Assembly: GCA_041497895.1 (NCBI GenBank)
Contig: JBGQHJ010000003.1
Coordinates: forward strand, 13,012 to 77,011
Length of the DNA: 64,000 nucleotides
Origin: Candidatus Methylomirabilia bacterium
GTDB lineage: Bacteria; Methylomirabilota; Methylomirabilia; Rokubacteriales; CSP1-6
Reading direction: 5' to 3'
Part shown: positions 63,497-64,000 of the stretch, piece by piece
Layout: each line of letters opens with the position of its first letter
Position numbering within the stretch: position 1 is the stretch's first letter
Notes under the pieces: generated by a model
What the model saw: only the letters and a program-made list of their open reading frames with translations
Databases searched by the model: none
What the model was told of the DNA's origin: nothing
Position numbers and translations under genes: made by a program

Positions 63497-64000
63497 CCGC
63501 TCCGCGGCTGCGGGACGCGGCTGGCCCACACCGACAGTGCGGCCACCGCCGCCGCCCCGGCCGCGATCGAGAACGCGATCGCGTAGCTCCCCGTCGCGTC
63601 GAAGATCCGCCCGGCCAGCCACGCGCCCAGGGCGCTGCCGAGCGCGCTCGCCACCTGGGTCGCCCCGAAGATCGCGCCGAAGTGCGGCCCCCGGAATCGA
63701 TCGCTCATCATGGCCGGCACCACGAAGGCGGTGACCGAGTAGCCGATCCCGAACAGCACCCCGTAGCCCATCGCGAGCCAGGCGGACGGCGCCGCCGCGA
63801 CCATCCACAGCACGCCGACCCCGCCGATCATCCCGACCATGCCGAGGGCGTAGACCGCCTCGCGCGGGAAGAGATCCGAGACGAACCCGCCGCCGGTCTT
63901 GCCCAGGATGCTGGCCGCGCCGACCACGCTGATCACCGAGGCCGCGGTCATCGCGGGGAGGCCGTGGTCGACGAGGAACGCCGCCTGGTGCACGTGGAGG
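63493..64000 (-). CDS. MFS transporter, C-terminal part (N-terminus off window)
   Basis: Five or so TM helices. The frame stays open to the window edge. Confidence 0.7.
   Translation of the reverse strand, partial: LHVHQAAFLVDHGLPAMTAASVISVVGAASILGKTGGGFVSDLFPREAVYALGMVGMIGGVGVLWMVAAAPSAWLAMGYGVLFGIGYSVTAFVVPAMMSDRFRGPHFGAIFGATQVASALGSALGAWLAGRIFDATGSYAIAFSIAAGAAAVAALSVWASRVPQPRSG

Overview
Very GC-rich bacterial chromosomal DNA (about 70% GC by eye, not computed), densely coding on both strands. I call about 70 protein-coding genes or gene remnants. I found no rRNA, tRNA, CRISPR array, transposase, integrase or phage genes. All functional calls come from motif-level reading of the ORF translations, not from database searches. 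Where the real start lies inside a longer track ORF, I placed it by residue offset, RBS or GC3.

Gene content is mostly ordinary soil-type metabolism:
- split TPP decarboxylase; ABC-2 exporter
- alpha-hydroxy-acid oxidase plus D-aminoacylase
- benzoate-CoA-ligase-like enzyme with a solute-binding protein
- serpin; cupin/hydrolase trio; SDR
- five-gene acyl-CoA dehydrogenase / MBL hydrolase / CoA-transferase operon, with divergent LLM oxidoreductase and enoyl-CoA hydratase
- GlgX
- sugar-lactone/sugar-acid genes
- large hybrid histidine kinase

Features that stand out:
1. Three unrelated long-stem hairpin elements. One family has two copies with identical 27-28 nt arms (38866-38951 and 56554-56640), each sitting exactly between convergent genes. 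One copy supplies the 3' end of a CoA-transferase ORF.
2. A complete ku / ligD-PE / ligD-Lig-Pol NHEJ cassette (28141-31471) with broken genes on both flanks. The window as a whole has many internally deleted or truncated genes despite no IS elements.
3. Recurrent -10-like boxes (TAGAAT, TGTGCTACNGT, GATA[C/G]T) only 6-9 nt upstream of start codons, which implies widespread leaderless mRNAs.
4. Candidate modules that are not well described: two signal-peptide-less HtrA-like proteases with a pseudo-receiver LuxR regulator; a stand-alone cNMP-binding protein translationally coupled to an RCK-less CPA2 antiporter; and a DUF899-DUF2182 pair.

I did not find a convincing new multi-gene defence or biosynthetic system. 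The items above are leads to test, not discoveries.
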